This document shows, piece by piece, positions 1 through 9,997 of a DNA stretch of 64,000 nt. The translations under genes were made by a program, and so were the position numbers. Every line of letters begins with the position of its first letter. The first letter of the stretch is position 1. Below the pieces are notes generated by a model. It was not told the origin of the DNA. It did no database searches and saw nothing but the letters and a program-made list of their open reading frames with translations. Origin of the DNA: Candidatus Cloacimonadales bacterium (GTDB lineage Bacteria > Cloacimonadota > Cloacimonadia > Cloacimonadales > JAFGVF01); assembly GCA_963667035.1 (NCBI GenBank), contig OY762964.1, forward strand, positions 2,080,001 through 2,144,000, given 5' to 3'.

Positions 1-1
1 T

Positions 2-1489
2 GAAAAAGAAGCTCTTGAAAGTGCAAAAGAAATTGCTAAAGGTCTTCCTGCATCTCCTGGTGCTGCTACAGGTAAAATCTGTTTCTTCTCAGAAGAAGCT
101 GAAGCTATCGTTAATAAGAACAAAGGTGAACAACTTATTCTTGTTAGAATCGAAACTTCACCGGAAGATCTTGCAGGTATGAATACAGCCCAAGGTATCC
201 TTACTGCTCGTGGCGGCATGACCTCTCATGCTGCTGTTGTTGCTCGTGGAATGGGTAAATGCTGTGTATCCGGTGTTGGTAATCTTGAGATTAATTATAA
301 AGCCAGAACCATGAAAGTTGATGGTGTTGTATATAACGAAGGTGACTGGATTTCTCTTAACGGTTCAACCGGTAAAGTATACGAAGGTAAAATCGCTACT
401 AATGATCCTGAGCTTTCAGGAAACTTCGGTAAACTTATGGATCTTACTAAGAAATTCACAAGAATGTATGTAAGAACTAATGCTGACACACCTCATGATG
501 CTGAAGTTGCAAGAAACTTTGGTGCCGAAGGTATCGGTCTTTGCCGTACAGAACACATGTTCTTCGACGGAGAAAGAATCAAAGCTATGCGTGAAATGAT
601 TCTTGCCGAAGATGTTGAAGGCAGAAAGAAAGCCCTTACAAAGATTCTTCCTTACCAAAGAGAAGACTTTGAAGGTATCTTCAAAGCTATGAGTGGATTC
701 GGTGTAACAGTTCGTCTTCTTGACCCACCATTACACGAGTTTGTTCCTCATGAGGACGCTAATCAGAAGATTATGGCTGAAGAAATGGGAATTTCAGTTG
801 AAGATGTTAAGAAGAAAGTTGAAGACCTTCATGAATTCAACCCAATGCTTGGACATCGCGGTTGCCGTCTTGGTAATACATATCCTGAAATCACAGAGAT
901 GCAGGCAAGAGCTATCATCGAAGCTGCTCTCAATGTGAAAGCTGAAGGTTACGATCCTAGACCTGAAATAATGGTCCCGCTCGTAGGTGTTTATCAAGAA
1001 CTTAAAATGCAGTCAGATATCATTAAAACAACTGCTGAAAAAGTATTTGCCGAAAGAGAAGAAAGAATCGACTTCATGGTTGGTACTATGATTGAGATTC
1101 CTCGTGCTGCTCTCACTGCTGATCAGGTTGCCGAATATGCCGAGTTCTTCTCATTCGGTACAAATGACCTCACTCAGATGACATTCGGTTATTCCCGTGA
1201 TGACTACGGAAAATTCAAAGATGTATATCTTGACGCTAAACTCCTTGATGTAGATCCATTTGAAAGCTTAGATCAAACAGGTGTTGGTCAGCTTGTTGAG
1301 ATGGGTGTTCTTAAAGGTAGAAAGACAAGACCAGAGCTTAAGGTTGGAATCTGCGGAGAACATGGTGGAGAACCAAAATCAGTTGAATTCTGTCACAGAA
1401 CAGGACTTAACTATGTAAGTTGCTCACCTTTCCGTGTACCGATTGCACGTCTTGCTGCTGCTCAAGCTGCTGCTAAAGAAGTTAAATAG
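2..1489 (+). CDS. ppdK: Pyruvate, phosphate dikinase (5'-truncated by window edge)
   Basis: Frame open from base 2; [13 protein letters not shown] phospho-His motif, [37 protein letters not shown]. Confidence 0.97.
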   Translation, partial: EKEALESAKEIAKGLPASPGAATGKICFFSEEAEAIVNKNKGEQLILVRIETSPEDLAGMNTAQGILTARGGMTSHAAVVARGMGKCCVSGVGNLEINYKARTMKVDGVVYNEGDWISLNGSTGKVYEGKIATNDPELSGNFGKLMDLTKKFTRMYVRTNADTPHDAEVARNFGAEGIGLCRTEHMFFDGERIKAMREMILAEDVEGRKKALTKILPYQREDFEGIFKAMSGFGVTVRLLDPPLHEFVPHEDANQKIMAEEMGISVEDVKKKVEDLHEFNPMLGHRGCRLGNTYPEITEMQARAIIEAALNVKAEGYDPRPEIMVPLVGVYQELKMQSDIIKTTAEKVFAEREERIDFMVGTMIEIPRAALTADQVAEYAEFFSFGTNDLTQMTFGYSRDDYGKFKDVYLDAKLLDVDPFESLDQTGVGQLVEMGVLKGRKTRPELKVGICGEHGGEPKSVEFCHRTGLNYVSCSPFRVPIARLAAAQAAAKEVK

Positions 1490-1509
1490 TTAACTTATTT
1501 ATAGATATC

Positions 1510-1540
1510 GGGACAAGCATCATGCTTGTCCCTTTTTTAT
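1510..1540 (+). terminator. Rho-independent terminator after ppdK
   Basis: GGGACAAGCAT-C-ATGCTTGTCCC followed by T-run. Confidence 0.9.
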
Positions 1541-1581
1541 TTTCTAACACATAAAGTATTAATTATCAAACAATTTATCCA

Positions 1582-1611
1582 TTGACACCAAAACTAACTA
1601 TCCGTTAGAAT
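1582..1611 (+). promoter_or_regulatory. Putative sigma70 promoter for flavoprotein pair
   Basis: TTGACA (1582-1587), 18 nt, TAGAAT (1606-1611), about 30 nt before ATG 1640. Confidence 0.55.
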
Positions 1612-1639
1612 TGATTTTATTCAACTTGCTGGGGGTTAA

Positions 1640-2221
1640 ATGCAAGTAACCGTTATTGATGGATGTGGATACTATGATGATTATGCAAACCAACTTAGAC
1701 AATGCCTAATCGATTCATTTAAATCCGAAGTTTATAATTTTGAGATAGTATCAATTGAGAAGTACTTTATTAAGCCGTGCGTTGGATGCTTAAACTGTTG
1801 GTTCAAGACGCCCGGTAAGTGCATATTTAAAGACGATATGGAGACAGTTCTTAAAGCACTTATTAACTGTGATATCCTCATATTGTTAGGTGATATTGCC
1901 TTCGGTGGTTTCAGTAGCACTTTAAAAACAGCTTTAGACAGGTCCGTAAGCCTATTCGTACCTTTTTTAACTAATAAAAAAGGCACATCGCATTATCAGT
2001 TAAGATATCCGCCCAAAAGAGGAATTGCCTATCTTGGCATATTAAAAGATGAACATTACCCTAGTCTGGAAGATACATTCATTAGGTTGACCAACAAGAT
2101 GTCTAGTGATTTTGCCTCCGATAGCAATGTCTCTTTAGTTATACATCAAGATATAAAACCATATGAGGAGTGCTTAAGAATCAAAAAAGTTCTTCACGAA
2201 GGATTGCTATGCAAGCTTTAA
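1640..2221 (+). CDS. Flavodoxin-fold / iron-sulfur flavoprotein family (FMN_red-like)
   Basis: IKPCVGCLNCW..TPGKC..KDDM cysteine cluster; FGGFSSTLKTALDR. Confidence 0.85.
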   Translation: MQVTVIDGCGYYDDYANQLRQCLIDSFKSEVYNFEIVSIEKYFIKPCVGCLNCWFKTPGKCIFKDDMETVLKALINCDILILLGDIAFGGFSSTLKTALDRSVSLFVPFLTNKKGTSHYQLRYPPKRGIAYLGILKDEHYPSLEDTFIRLTNKMSSDFASDSNVSLVIHQDIKPYEECLRIKKVLHEGLLCKL

Positions 2222-2871
2222 TCCTTATCGGAAGTCCCAAGGCAAACAAATCCAACTCATTCTCTATTGCAGAATATCTGTCCATTAAACTACAAAGAAA
2301 AGAAGTGCGATGCCATTTCCAGAACATTCTTGCCAATTATACAAAGATTTCCGATATTGTTAGATTTATAGGGAATGTTGATATTGTAGTGCTGGTAACA
2401 CCACTATATTCATGTGCCTTACCGGGTCATGTAACCTATTTTATGGAAAGAATATACATGGAGTTGGAACAATCAAGCAAAAGAGAGATTGCAACTTTCA
2501 TGATTGTTAACTCCGCATTCTCAGAGCACTACCAATCTGACATAGCTTCCGAGATATTCAAGAACTGGAGCGATATGTGTGATTTTAATTATCATGGAAC
2601 AGTTGCAATCGGAATGGGACAAGCTCTGAAGGGAATTTCTCTACATAAACGGTTGTTTACTTTGAGATTAAGAAGAAATCTTACACTACTTGCTAATGAC
2701 ATTAGTAAAGGAGAATCAATATCTTCATTTATTTTCGATAGATTCAAAGACCCTCTACTACCGGTATGGTTCTATAAGAGAATTGCTGAACTCCAAGTTA
2801 AACATAAATTCAAGAAATACAATACTAAACCTTTCATAAAGCCCTACATGCGAAAAAATATTAATGACTAA
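2209..2871 (+). CDS. NAD(P)H-dependent flavodoxin-like oxidoreductase
   Basis: Start moved to ATG 2209 (MQALILIGSPK..SNS); VTPLY..LPG motif; overlaps upstream paralog. Confidence 0.8.
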   Translation: MQALILIGSPKANKSNSFSIAEYLSIKLQRKEVRCHFQNILANYTKISDIVRFIGNVDIVVLVTPLYSCALPGHVTYFMERIYMELEQSSKREIATFMIVNSAFSEHYQSDIASEIFKNWSDMCDFNYHGTVAIGMGQALKGISLHKRLFTLRLRRNLTLLANDISKGESISSFIFDRFKDPLLPVWFYKRIAELQVKHKFKKYNTKPFIKPYMRKNIND

Positions 2872-2874
2872 ACT

Positions 2875-3753
2875 CTAATCCCTGTTCTTAAGATAGTAGT
2901 TCATACTGACTCTCATAGATGTCAGAGTTATCTCCTTAACATTTGGATTAGACTCCAGTTTCTTTAAGAGATTCTCAGATCTGAAAAGCTCTTTCTTATG
3001 TTCAAGAACCATTAGATAGTATCTGAAAGCATCAATATCTGTGTTTATGTTAACAATATAATTCTCTAGCAGCTCAATTCCTTTGGAATAAAAGCCGCAA
3101 CTGAGAGCGGCTCTTGCATAGAGGTAGATATATCTTAATCTCCATCCGGTATCTTCAAGAACCTCTTCAATTTGTCTAAAAGCTTTTACAGCCAAAAAGT
3201 TCTCACCAATCATGTAGCGTATAATCCCACCTAAAGCAATTATTCTAGCATCATTATCAAAATCTCTGAGTCCTATATCCACATAATCAAGAGCTTCATC
3301 AAATTTGCCGGACTGAGCCAGAATTTCTATATATTGTATAATAGTTTCAGGATAAGGTGAATCATAGATATATTGGTCCAGAAAGTCTATTGCTTCGCTT
3401 AGTTTGTTCAATCTATGCAAGACATAGACCTTCTTATGAACAACATTAATGGGAACATCATCAAGCATATCAAAATACTTCAAAGAAGAGACAAAATCGT
3501 CAATCATTAGATAAGCATCAGCTGTTTTACTGATGAGTTCTTGGTCCGAACTACCGTATTTCATAGCTTGTTTGTACAATTCAATGCTCTTATTGGGAGC
3601 ATTTTTTTCCATATATATGTCACCCATTAACTCATATAGTTCAGAATTATGAGGATGAGAATCTATACCTTCTCTAACAAGGTTAACCGCTTTCAACCAA
3701 TTGGTTTTTGCAAGCTCTCTTGCACTAACTAATAATCCTTCTACATTATCCAT
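2875..3753 (-). CDS. Tetratricopeptide repeat protein
   Basis: Repeated helical TPR-like motifs (LYELMGDIY..A..LYKQA). Confidence 0.7.
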   Translation of the reverse strand: MDNVEGLLVSARELAKTNWLKAVNLVREGIDSHPHNSELYELMGDIYMEKNAPNKSIELYKQAMKYGSSDQELISKTADAYLMIDDFVSSLKYFDMLDDVPINVVHKKVYVLHRLNKLSEAIDFLDQYIYDSPYPETIIQYIEILAQSGKFDEALDYVDIGLRDFDNDARIIALGGIIRYMIGENFLAVKAFRQIEEVLEDTGWRLRYIYLYARAALSCGFYSKGIELLENYIVNINTDIDAFRYYLMVLEHKKELFRSENLLKKLESNPNVKEITLTSMRVSMNYYLKNRD

Positions 3754-3755
3754 AT

Positions 3756-4727
3756 TTATATTTTAAATAACCTTTTCAATTCTCTCATGATAGTATCGAC
3801 ATCAGTGGTCTGATTAATCAAATTTCTTGTCTTCGAACCACCTGGAATACCTTTTGTATATGTACTGACATGTGCTCTAAACTCTTTTATTGCCTGTTCA
3901 TGTTTATGCTCATTATCTTCAAGTACATATTTCAAGTGTTTTTCAACTACACTATACTTATACCTAAAACCAAGTGGTATAGTATATTTATCATCCAAGT
4001 AAGCTCTAATTTCCTTGAATATCCACGGCTTACCCAGACTCCCTCTACCAATCATTATTGAGTCGCATCCGGTTTTATCGAACATTTCCATTGCAGTAAG
4101 CACATCATTAATATCACCGTTGCCAACCACCGGTATAGATACTGCTTGTTTTAGATTCTTTATGTGCTCCCAGTCGGCAACTCCCGAAAAGAGTTGAGAC
4201 CTGGTTCTCGGATGCAGGCATAGTAAATCGGCTCCTGCGTCTTCCATCATCTTACCATAATCAAGATAGTTGATAGAATTGAAGTCCCAACCAGAGCGAA
4301 ACTTAGTGGATAGAATAATATCAGTTCCTTCAAGAACTTTTCTTACTTCTTTGACAATTTCCACAGCCAACTCAGGTGTTTGCATTAAAGCAGACCCGGC
4401 TCCACGTTTTACAACCTTTTTAACCGGACAACCCATGTTAATGTCAATACCATCCGGTTTTAATTCTGCTATTATCTCTGCACCTTTTGCCATTATAGAG
4501 GGTTTGTTTCCAAAAATTTGAACAAAATAAGGACGCTGTTCTTCAGTTGACTTAGCATATTTTATGGTATTACTTTCACCGTAGACTAAGCCATCGGCAC
4601 TTACCATTTCGCTAACCAGAACATCTACCCCACACTCTTTACATATCCTTCTAAAGGCATTATCCGTATAACCTGCCAGAGGAGCTAACCAAATCTTTCT
4701 GTTAACCACATAACCCGTATTCTTCAA
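3756..4727 (-). CDS. dusB: tRNA-dihydrouridine synthase B
   Basis: LAPLAGYTD, DINMGCP, HPRTRSQ, GNGDI, MIGRG motifs. Confidence 0.95.
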   Translation of the reverse strand: MKNTGYVVNRKIWLAPLAGYTDNAFRRICKECGVDVLVSEMVSADGLVYGESNTIKYAKSTEEQRPYFVQIFGNKPSIMAKGAEIIAELKPDGIDINMGCPVKKVVKRGAGSALMQTPELAVEIVKEVRKVLEGTDIILSTKFRSGWDFNSINYLDYGKMMEDAGADLLCLHPRTRSQLFSGVADWEHIKNLKQAVSIPVVGNGDINDVLTAMEMFDKTGCDSIMIGRGSLGKPWIFKEIRAYLDDKYTIPLGFRYKYSVVEKHLKYVLEDNEHKHEQAIKEFRAHVSTYTKGIPGGSKTRNLINQTTDVDTIMRELKRLFKI

Positions 4728-5467
4728 ATCAACCTCTTCAGTTTATACATGAATAAAGATGCGGCAATAGCGGCATTAAGCGATTCAATGTTCTCTGTTT
4801 GTGGTAATCTGACTTTATGATTCAAAAGGGGGATAACATCTTCTCTGATACCGTGAGCTTCGGAACCAATTACTAGAATCAACGGTTCTTGAGGAATATC
4901 CAATGACCTGATGTCGATAGAATCTTCCAGCACCGCACCTATCTTTACCTCTTCCCTCTCTTTAAGCCAGTTAGTGGTCTTGTACTCTATCGGAATAGAG
5001 AAAACCGTTCCAAGTGATGATCTGATTACTTTGGGTGAAAGCAATTCACAACTATCTTCAGATAAGACAATTCCCGAGATGCCCGTAGCTACGGCTGTTC
5101 TTATAATTGTTCCCAAATTACCCGGATCTGAGATTCCATCCAGATAAAGGATAAAATCATTGTCTTTTATAGGTTTTGTTATTGCAGGGAAAAGACAAGC
5201 AATATCTTGGGGATGCTCCGTATCACAGATTAGTTTCATCTGTTGCGGGGTTACATCATAAAAATCAACTCTAACATTCTCCAAGAATGGGAAATCTTTA
5301 TGAGAATTCCCTTGCTTTAAATATACTTCTTTAGGGTACAAACCATTATGAATTGCTTGTTCAACAGTCCGCACTCCCTCAACAATTACTTCTCTCTTTA
5401 TTTTCCTAAACTTCTTCTGTTGAAGTTTCTTAAGCTCTTTACAAGCGTTCTTACTTAATGGCTTCAT
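4724..5467 (-). CDS. TrmH/SpoU family RNA methyltransferase
   Basis: DPGNLGTIIRT, IGSEAHG, ESLNAAIA SPOUT motifs. Confidence 0.93.
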   Translation of the reverse strand: MKPLSKNACKELKKLQQKKFRKIKREVIVEGVRTVEQAIHNGLYPKEVYLKQGNSHKDFPFLENVRVDFYDVTPQQMKLICDTEHPQDIACLFPAITKPIKDNDFILYLDGISDPGNLGTIIRTAVATGISGIVLSEDSCELLSPKVIRSSLGTVFSIPIEYKTTNWLKEREEVKIGAVLEDSIDIRSLDIPQEPLILVIGSEAHGIREDVIPLLNHKVRLPQTENIESLNAAIAASLFMYKLKRLI

Positions 5468-7151
5468 TGAATACTTTTCTTAGTTCCTCTTTTTCAATAG
5501 TATCTATCTGATGATTGAAGTCTCCGTTATCATCAATCATAAACTTTTTTGCATATTCTACATAGGTATCCGAGTCAAGTAAGAATTCAACAATATTCTT
5601 ATCAATCTCTTTAGCTCTTACTGCATAACCGAGTATCCTAAATGTTTCTGTGAGTAGTTTACCTTTTTTGTATGGTCTGTCGGAAGCAGTGAGAGCTTCA
5701 AACATATCAGCTACAGCCAGTATTCGAGATTGGACAGGTAACTGTTCTTCATTCAAATGTTTAGGATATCCCTTACCATTAAGTTTCTCGTGGTGAGAAG
5801 CTGCATATATAGCAACATTCTCATATTTCTTAGGGAAGGTCAGTTCGGATAATATATCCCAAGAAACTTGAGCATGATTATTCATGATTTCTCTTTCTTC
5901 AGGAGTAAATGTACCCTTTCTTATACTAAGATTCTTTAGCTCGGAATCATTAATAATGAAGTATTCTTCTCCATCGGAATGATATTTAAACTGGTGTATC
6001 TCTTTAAGTTTATCTATTGCTTCATCGGATAGGAACTCTCCACCGATATTGGCAACTTCAATAAAACTTAGATAATCGTTTATTCTCTCTAAGAGCTTTT
6101 TGGTTTTATCTCTGAATTCATTATCAACTCCGGGTTTATGAGATTCTTTAAGAATGACTTGTTTAAGTAGTTGACCTCTTAATCTGACTACCTCAATACC
6201 ATCAATGAGCTTCTCTAGTTTTGTTGCCTTATCCATGATAAATTCGGGAGTAGAAATCTTACCGACATCGTGCATCCATCCTGCTATTGAAATCTCAGTT
6301 ATCTCGTTAGCACTAAATTTAAGGTCCTTATAATAACCATAATCTGCTTTATTAATAGCATGACTAATCATTTCTGTTAAAGTCGCTACTTTAGCTATAT
6401 GACCACCTGTATATTTAGATTTCTTATCAATTGCAACAGCAATAGCTCTGATTACTTGCCTGATAAGTTTTTCCAAGTCTTCAATCAAGCGTTTATTAGA
6501 AAGTGAGATAGCTGCCTGAGATGCCAAAGAATTCAACATCACTACATGCTCGGGAGAGAAGCTGATAATATTGTTCTCTTTATCCATTGCATTAATCAAT
6601 TGAATCACACCTAGAATCTCACCTTCGTGATTCTTTAGCGGGATTGCTACCATCGATTTACTTCTATAACTATTGGTTCTGTCTATCTCTCTTGTTTTCT
6701 CGGCATCAAACATGCTTTGCTTATACACATCATCAAAATTCTGTATCTTTTTAGTATGGAACACATAAGAAACCATATTCTTCAGTATCTTGTTTCCATT
6801 CTCGTCAAACAATTGCACTACAGGCCAGTTTAACTCTCCGTGAGAACCACCAATATGTAAGTTCATTGATCTGTTATAAACAAGCTTGTATTCAAGAGAT
6901 CTGTTATCGCTACTAACGGTATAAATCGTTGCTCCATCCGAATTTGTATATTCAAGAGCTTCTTGTAGGATTAAATCCAGTATTTTGTTTATATCATTCT
7001 CACTTGATAGTGCTTCTCCAATCTGAGTAAGTTGCTTTATATGTTCTAATTGCCTTTGAGCATGAAAGTTAATTGTATCAACTACAGTATTCAACATTTC
7101 ATTAATTTCAGGATCAGTACTGAATGTATAATTTCGCATAAGTTGCTCCAA
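5451..7151 (-). CDS. GAF + HD-GYP domain phosphodiesterase
   Basis: GAF (YRSKSMVAIPLKNHEGEILGVIQLIN); HDVGK, HHEKLNGKGYP, RILAVADMFEALT. Confidence 0.9.
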   Translation of the reverse strand: MEQLMRNYTFSTDPEINEMLNTVVDTINFHAQRQLEHIKQLTQIGEALSSENDINKILDLILQEALEYTNSDGATIYTVSSDNRSLEYKLVYNRSMNLHIGGSHGELNWPVVQLFDENGNKILKNMVSYVFHTKKIQNFDDVYKQSMFDAEKTREIDRTNSYRSKSMVAIPLKNHEGEILGVIQLINAMDKENNIISFSPEHVVMLNSLASQAAISLSNKRLIEDLEKLIRQVIRAIAVAIDKKSKYTGGHIAKVATLTEMISHAINKADYGYYKDLKFSANEITEISIAGWMHDVGKISTPEFIMDKATKLEKLIDGIEVVRLRGQLLKQVILKESHKPGVDNEFRDKTKKLLERINDYLSFIEVANIGGEFLSDEAIDKLKEIHQFKYHSDGEEYFIINDSELKNLSIRKGTFTPEEREIMNNHAQVSWDILSELTFPKKYENVAIYAASHHEKLNGKGYPKHLNEEQLPVQSRILAVADMFEALTASDRPYKKGKLLTETFRILGYAVRAKEIDKNIVEFLLDSDTYVEYAKKFMIDDNGDFNHQIDTIEKEELRKVFNEAIK

Positions 7152-7220
7152 TGTTATAGTTAACTAAATAATAATTGTAAATCAATGCTTTAGTCAACAA
7201 ATTTCTGATTTCGGATATAT

Positions 7221-7247
7221 AAAAAGACCGATACTTATGTACCGGTC
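7221..7247 (-). terminator. Rho-independent terminator (minus strand)
   Basis: Minus strand GACCGGTAC-ATAA-GTATCGGTC-TTTTT. Confidence 0.65.
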
Positions 7248-7418
7248 CATGTCTTAATAAATCAATGTATCTATTCATCAATACAATCTTACTTGTATAC
7301 CAATCACCCTTAATCAGTGTCGTTCAAGCTGAACGACTTACAACCTCTTTATTTGAACTATCTTATTCATGTCTCATGGAGTCGTACTCCTTTTTGGTCG
7401 TATGGATTCGTGCTCAGG

Positions 7419-9218
7419 CTATTTAAGTAATATAACTTTTTGAGTAGAGATCTTATCGCCATTCGACAGCTTACAGAAATATACTCCACTAGCTACATTC
7501 TCAGGTTTCCATTCATAGCTATGTTTACCTGCAATTACATTCCCTGCAAGCAATGTCTCAACTAACTCACCTTTGATATTATATATTTTAAGTGTTACAT
7601 AGGAGCTGTTTGTTAAGCTATAAGATATTGTTGTTTCCGGATTGAAAGGGTTTGGATAAACAGAATCAATAGATAAAGTTGGAACATTCATAACAGTATT
7701 GTCTGAATTACCAACACTCTAGTATGTGAATGACTGTTCTTCTGCGAATGTAGAACGAGCAAAGGAATTATCAATAGATTGGCAACTCCAATAGTAAGTT
7801 TCATTCTCATCAAATACTGAGCTTTTGATAAGATAGAAGCAATTAGAGTTGATTCTACCAAATACAGGTCTCAATGCTCTACCATCCGGTAACGCCATTG
7901 GGGAAACAATATCACAACCGCCCGGAGTAGAACCTATCCTAACTTCATAAGTCAAACTAATATCAGGTTGCTCTATATCTGTTCCCATATCCCATTCAAA
8001 CTTAAAATATTCTCCTTCTTCGCTGATACTTAGATTAGTTGGAGGAGTTGGAACGTTATTAGTTGGAGTGTCTTCATTTCTGTATACTCTTGTAATCGGT
8101 ATATTATTACTACTTGTCCCTGTTAGTACAATATCTAAATCTGAGTCATTGTCATAATCACACCATTCTAATGAACAATTAGATAATTGATATAGTGAAA
8201 TTGTTGTTTCATCAAGTAAGCTACTATCATTACTAAATAATGATGTAAAGGTTTCATAAGGACTATTCCAATATTGGTCACCTGAAATTGCACAATCAAG
8301 GTCAGAATCATTATCAAAGTCTCCCCACTCACAGTCTCCGAAGAAAGCTCCGGGCAAGTCCATACTCAAATCGACAAAAGTTCCAGTTAAGTTCATATAA
8401 ACAGTAGATATACTTTGTGCATCCGGTTTTAAACCTGTTAGTAGAATATCCTGATAACCATCATTGTTGAAATCTCCATGACATAATGATGAATATCTAA
8501 CTCCATTAAGTACATTATCGATAGGATTGAAACCATTCCCGGTATTCTCATAAATAATGGCTCTAAAATTTGTTGATGAATCTAAGCCTGTAACCACTAT
8601 ATCAATCAAAGAATCATTGTTATAATCAAATACTAGAATTGAACCTGTTTGTAACTGTTCAAAGTCTATACTTGATTGAATGAAACCATTATCTGTATTC
8701 TCGTACAAGACAGTATTATAATACTCATCATTTGTATATCCCATAACTAACAAATCCGAATCTCCATCGTTATCATAATCAATAAAATGACTTTCTCCTA
8801 CAAAATCAATTATTGGAGTATCCAAAACATTAATTGACCCTTTTTCATTAATATACAATTGGGATATATATACATCTGTTGGATCTATCTGGGATAGACC
8901 ATTTATAAATAGGTCTAAATCACCATCATTATCGTAATCGAACCAAGTATGTTTACCTAATATTGACCCACTAATATTAGAAACTATACTTGTTAACTCA
9001 GCATTAGAGTTCTGATAAAGACCTGTTTCGATTGTTGTGGATTCTTGATTTCGTGCACCAGAAACACATAAATCTATAAAACCATCATTATCAAAATCAA
9101 CCCAAGAGACACAACCCTTCTTATAGTTCTCAATATTGGAACTAGTATTTGTTAATGTTATTCCAAAGCAAATTGAAGATAAAAGCACTATCGTGATTAT
9201 TGAGATAATCTTACTCAT
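7419..9218 (-). CDS. Secreted FG-GAP/VCBS-repeat beta-propeller protein with T9SS type A C-terminal domain, interrupted by one in-frame TAG (7719-7721)
   Basis: Signal peptide from ATG 9218 after GGAGG; repeated D[FY]DNDGDLD motifs; FN3-like segment; ORFs 7719-9233 and 7419-7691 share a frame: FTY*SVGNSDNTVMNVPTLSIDSVYPNPFNP...SGVYFCKL..KVILLK. Confidence 0.8.
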
Positions 9219-9379
9219 AATTTCCCCCTCCAATAAAATTTCGTAACAAAGTATAGCTATGGAGCAGACTATTTATGAAATAATTCACAAGTTCTAAATC
9301 CGCTATATATCTATTATCTCGTTCATGATAAGCAATAGTTATATAGTCAAGTAGATTGTTTTCAAAAATAATAGAGATT

Positions 9380-9680
9380 AGCTCACACTTCTCTCCTGAT
9401 TTACCCATGTGTAATAAGCAATAAATAGAAAGATGTTAATCACTAACAACCTACATAATTCTTACTTTTCAAGTAAGGGTTATGCAAGTGTTGAGTAAGT
9501 GTTATGTAAAGAATATGTGAATATTGCTCATGGGAACATAATGGGAGTAGAAGTGGAAGATATATGATTAGTTTCTTACTCGACTTATAAGTTCATCTGA
9601 TACCAATCTGATTCTAATCCGATTCTCTACTATCGTAACGAGTATCTAACGAAGAGCTAACGGGCATCTCATGAGTAATA
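9380..9680. repeat. Intergenic array of 11-bp-phased degenerate repeats, partly an imperfect palindrome centred at 9469
   Basis: GTAAGGGTTAT/GCAAGTGTTGA/GTAAGTGTTAT/GTAAAGAATAT (9473-9516); ATCTGATACCA/ATCTGATTCTA/ATCCGATTCTC (9595-9627); GTAACGAGTAT/CTAACGAAGAG/CTAACGGGCAT (9635-9667); CTTACTT-TTC-AAGTAAG core. Confidence 0.7.
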
Positions 9681-9834
9681 AGGAACTGCAAAAAAGTATA
9701 AAACAGCCATTGTTATACGTCTTACAGATAACTGTAACGTTCCATTACAATTCAACAATTAGTGTATCATATAATACATGTATGACATTAACTGCATGTT
9801 ATGTATATAATTAAATACTATTTATCATAAGAAA

Positions 9835-9946
9835 CGCACATTAAGGTGCAACGTAGCGTTACATGCGTGCGATATCTGCGCACAAGCTTAAAAGGCTGTA
9901 TAACAACACGTTACGGATATTAAAACAAATTGGCACAGATATGGCT
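9835..9946 (+). promoter_or_regulatory. Putative sigma54 promoter with upstream palindromes and IHF-like site
   Basis: TGGCAC-AGATA-TGGCT (9931-9946) vs TGGCAC-N5-TTGCW; TAACAACACGTTA (9901-9913) vs WATCAANNNNTTR; palindromes TGCAACG-TAG-CGTTACA (9847-9863) and GTGCG-N7-CGCAC (9867-9883). Confidence 0.65.
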
Positions 9947-9997
9947 CTAACAATAAATTGTCGAAAACATTTATTGTTCTTTTGAAAAGGAGTTGAA

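Noticed and set aside
7300..7400. Small hairpins and SD-sequestered mini-ORF (MRHE) downstream of the T9SS gene
   Set aside because: Short stems are expected by chance; a four-codon ORF has no further support.
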